Below are positions 62,745 to 64,000 of a stretch of DNA of 64,000 nt, piece by piece. How positions within the stretch are numbered: position 1 is the stretch's first letter; the number at the start of each line of letters is the position of its first letter. A model generated the notes under the pieces. It searched no databases. It was not told where the DNA came from and saw only the letters and a list, made by a program, of their open reading frames with translations. Source of the stretch: Nitrospinaceae bacterium (GTDB lineage Bacteria > Nitrospinota > Nitrospinia > Nitrospinales > Nitrospinaceae); the NCBI GenBank assembly GCA_965237905.1, contig OZ250172.1:1376001-1440000 (forward strand), written 5' to 3'. A program made the position numbers and the translations under genes.

Positions 62745-64000
62745 CTACTTGGCGGTTTCTATCAATTCCACATCGATTGCCAGACTCTGCAATTCCTTGA
62801 CCAGAACATTGAACGATTCCGGCAGGCTGGGCACCAGATTGGTATCGCCCTTGACAATCGCTTCGTACATACGTTTCCGGCCTTCGACATCGTCGGACTT
62901 GACCGTCAACATTTCTTGCAGGGTGTAGGCGGCGCCATAAGCTTCGAGAGCCCACACCTCCATTTCTCCCAACCGCTGGCCTCCAAACTGGGCTTTACCA
63001 CCCAGCGGCTGTTGCGTGACCAGGGAATACGGACCGGTCGAACGCGCATGAATTTTGTCATCAACCAGATGGTGCAGTTTCAGCATATAGATGTATCCGA
63101 CCATTATCTTCTGGTGAAACGGATTACCGGTTCGACCATCGAACAGGGTCAATTCTCCGGAGGTAGAACACCCGCCCTCGGCCAGCAATCGCCGGACATC
63201 TTCTTCATTGGCGCCATCGAACACCGGTGTCGCCATTTTCTGATTTGTCGCCTTGGCGGCCATACCCATGTTGGTTTCAAAAATCTGACCGACGTTCATT
63301 CGGGAAGGAACACCCAAAGGATTGAGAATGAGTTCGCAAGGAGTGCCGTCGTCGAGATAGGGCATATCCTCCTCGGGCACAATATTGGACACCACGCCTT
63401 TGTTGCCGTGACGTCCGGCCATTTTGTCGCCCACTTGCAGCTTGCGTTTCATGGCGACGAACACCTTAACCAGCTTGATAACACCGGGAGCAAGATCATC
63501 GCCCTTCTTTAGCTTCTCGATCTTTTCGTTCATCATGCTTTTGAGGATATGGACTTGATCCTTACTGCTGTCCTCAATCTCCTGCATTTCCACCGGGTCC
63601 ACATCCTTGACCGGGATTTTTACCAGATCTTTGGACGTCATCTTTCCCATGACCTCCAAATCCAGCAGGACTCCCTTTGCCAGCTCTTTCCGGCCGATGG
63701 TCACGGACTTGCTGGTGGATTTGCCTTTCAACATATCAACCAAGAGTTTTTCAGTTTCGCTTTTTACGATTTGGATTTCATCACCGAAATCTTTTTCGAT
63801 TCTGGCGATTTCCTCCTCCTCAATGGCAATGGTCCGGGAATCCTTATCGATTCCCTTCCTCGAAAATACTTTGACATCGATGACGATACCCTGAATACCA
63901 GGCGGCACCCTGAGGGATGTATCACGAACGTCTCCCGCTTTTTCACCGAAGATAGCTTTCAAAAGTTTTTCTTCAGGACTCAGCTGGGTTTCTCCCTTCG
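62745..64000 (-). CDS. rpoB: RNA polymerase subunit beta, C-terminal part (5' end outside the window)
   Basis: [39 protein letters not shown]. Confidence 0.98.
   Translation of the reverse strand, partial: KGETQLSPEEKLLKAIFGEKAGDVRDTSLRVPPGIQGIVIDVKVFSRKGIDKDSRTIAIEEEEIARIEKDFGDEIQIVKSETEKLLVDMLKGKSTSKSVTIGRKELAKGVLLDLEVMGKMTSKDLVKIPVKDVDPVEMQEIEDSSKDQVHILKSMMNEKIEKLKKGDDLAPGVIKLVKVFVAMKRKLQVGDKMAGRHGNKGVVSNIVPEEDMPYLDDGTPCELILNPLGVPSRMNVGQIFETNMGMAAKATNQKMATPVFDGANEEDVRRLLAEGGCSTSGELTLFDGRTGNPFHQKIMVGYIYMLKLHHLVDDKIHARSTGPYSLVTQQPLGGKAQFGGQRLGEMEVWALEAYGAAYTLQEMLTVKSDDVEGRKRMYEAIVKGDTNLVPSLPESFNVLVKELQSLAIDVELIETAK

Noticed and set aside
29553..62747. Genome-wide TAG recoding (suggested by rpmC)
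   Set aside because: TAG ends the symporter, rpmE, rpsQ, rplV and rpoB at their expected C-termini, and an intact prfA is present.
22450..63512. Long antisense ORFs (e.g. 22450-23529, 26448-27743, 55811-56692, 58971-60416)
   Set aside because: Shadow ORFs of conserved genes on the opposite strand, caused by codon bias; no motifs.
1..64000. tRNA, rRNA, CRISPR arrays, IS or prophage genes
   Set aside because: No cloverleaf/T-loop signatures, regularly spaced repeats, transposase or integrase motifs were recognised by eye; a tRNAscan/Infernal run would be definitive.

Overview
Bacterial chromosomal window; gene content suggests a diderm nitrifier-type organism, plausibly Nitrospinota (inference, not proven). 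The left ~19 kb is accessory. It holds a chaperone-usher pilus usher and chaperone, an unusual DUF318-type permease fused to an FG-GAP propeller and ASPIC/UnbV domain, a 5'-truncated MtrB/PioB porin remnant facing a triheme c7 cytochrome, trmL, a monoheme cytochrome c paired with a putative Cu-binding protein, an ankyrin lipoprotein, an FGE-fold protein, a B12 radical SAM/methyltransferase/methyltransferase-GT2 cluster, and hflX. The middle (19-39.5 kb) is housekeeping: pcrA, hemH, hemE, queG, deacetylase, clpC, alanine symporter, waaF, murA, prmC, prfA, rpmE, rho. The right 24.4 kb is a contiguous minus-strand rpoBC-str-S10-spc-alpha cluster. It lacks rpmD and map, has a long basic tail on L17, and has an in-frame TAG separating the L29 core from a protein-like tail. 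No rRNA, tRNA, CRISPR array or mobile element was recognised.
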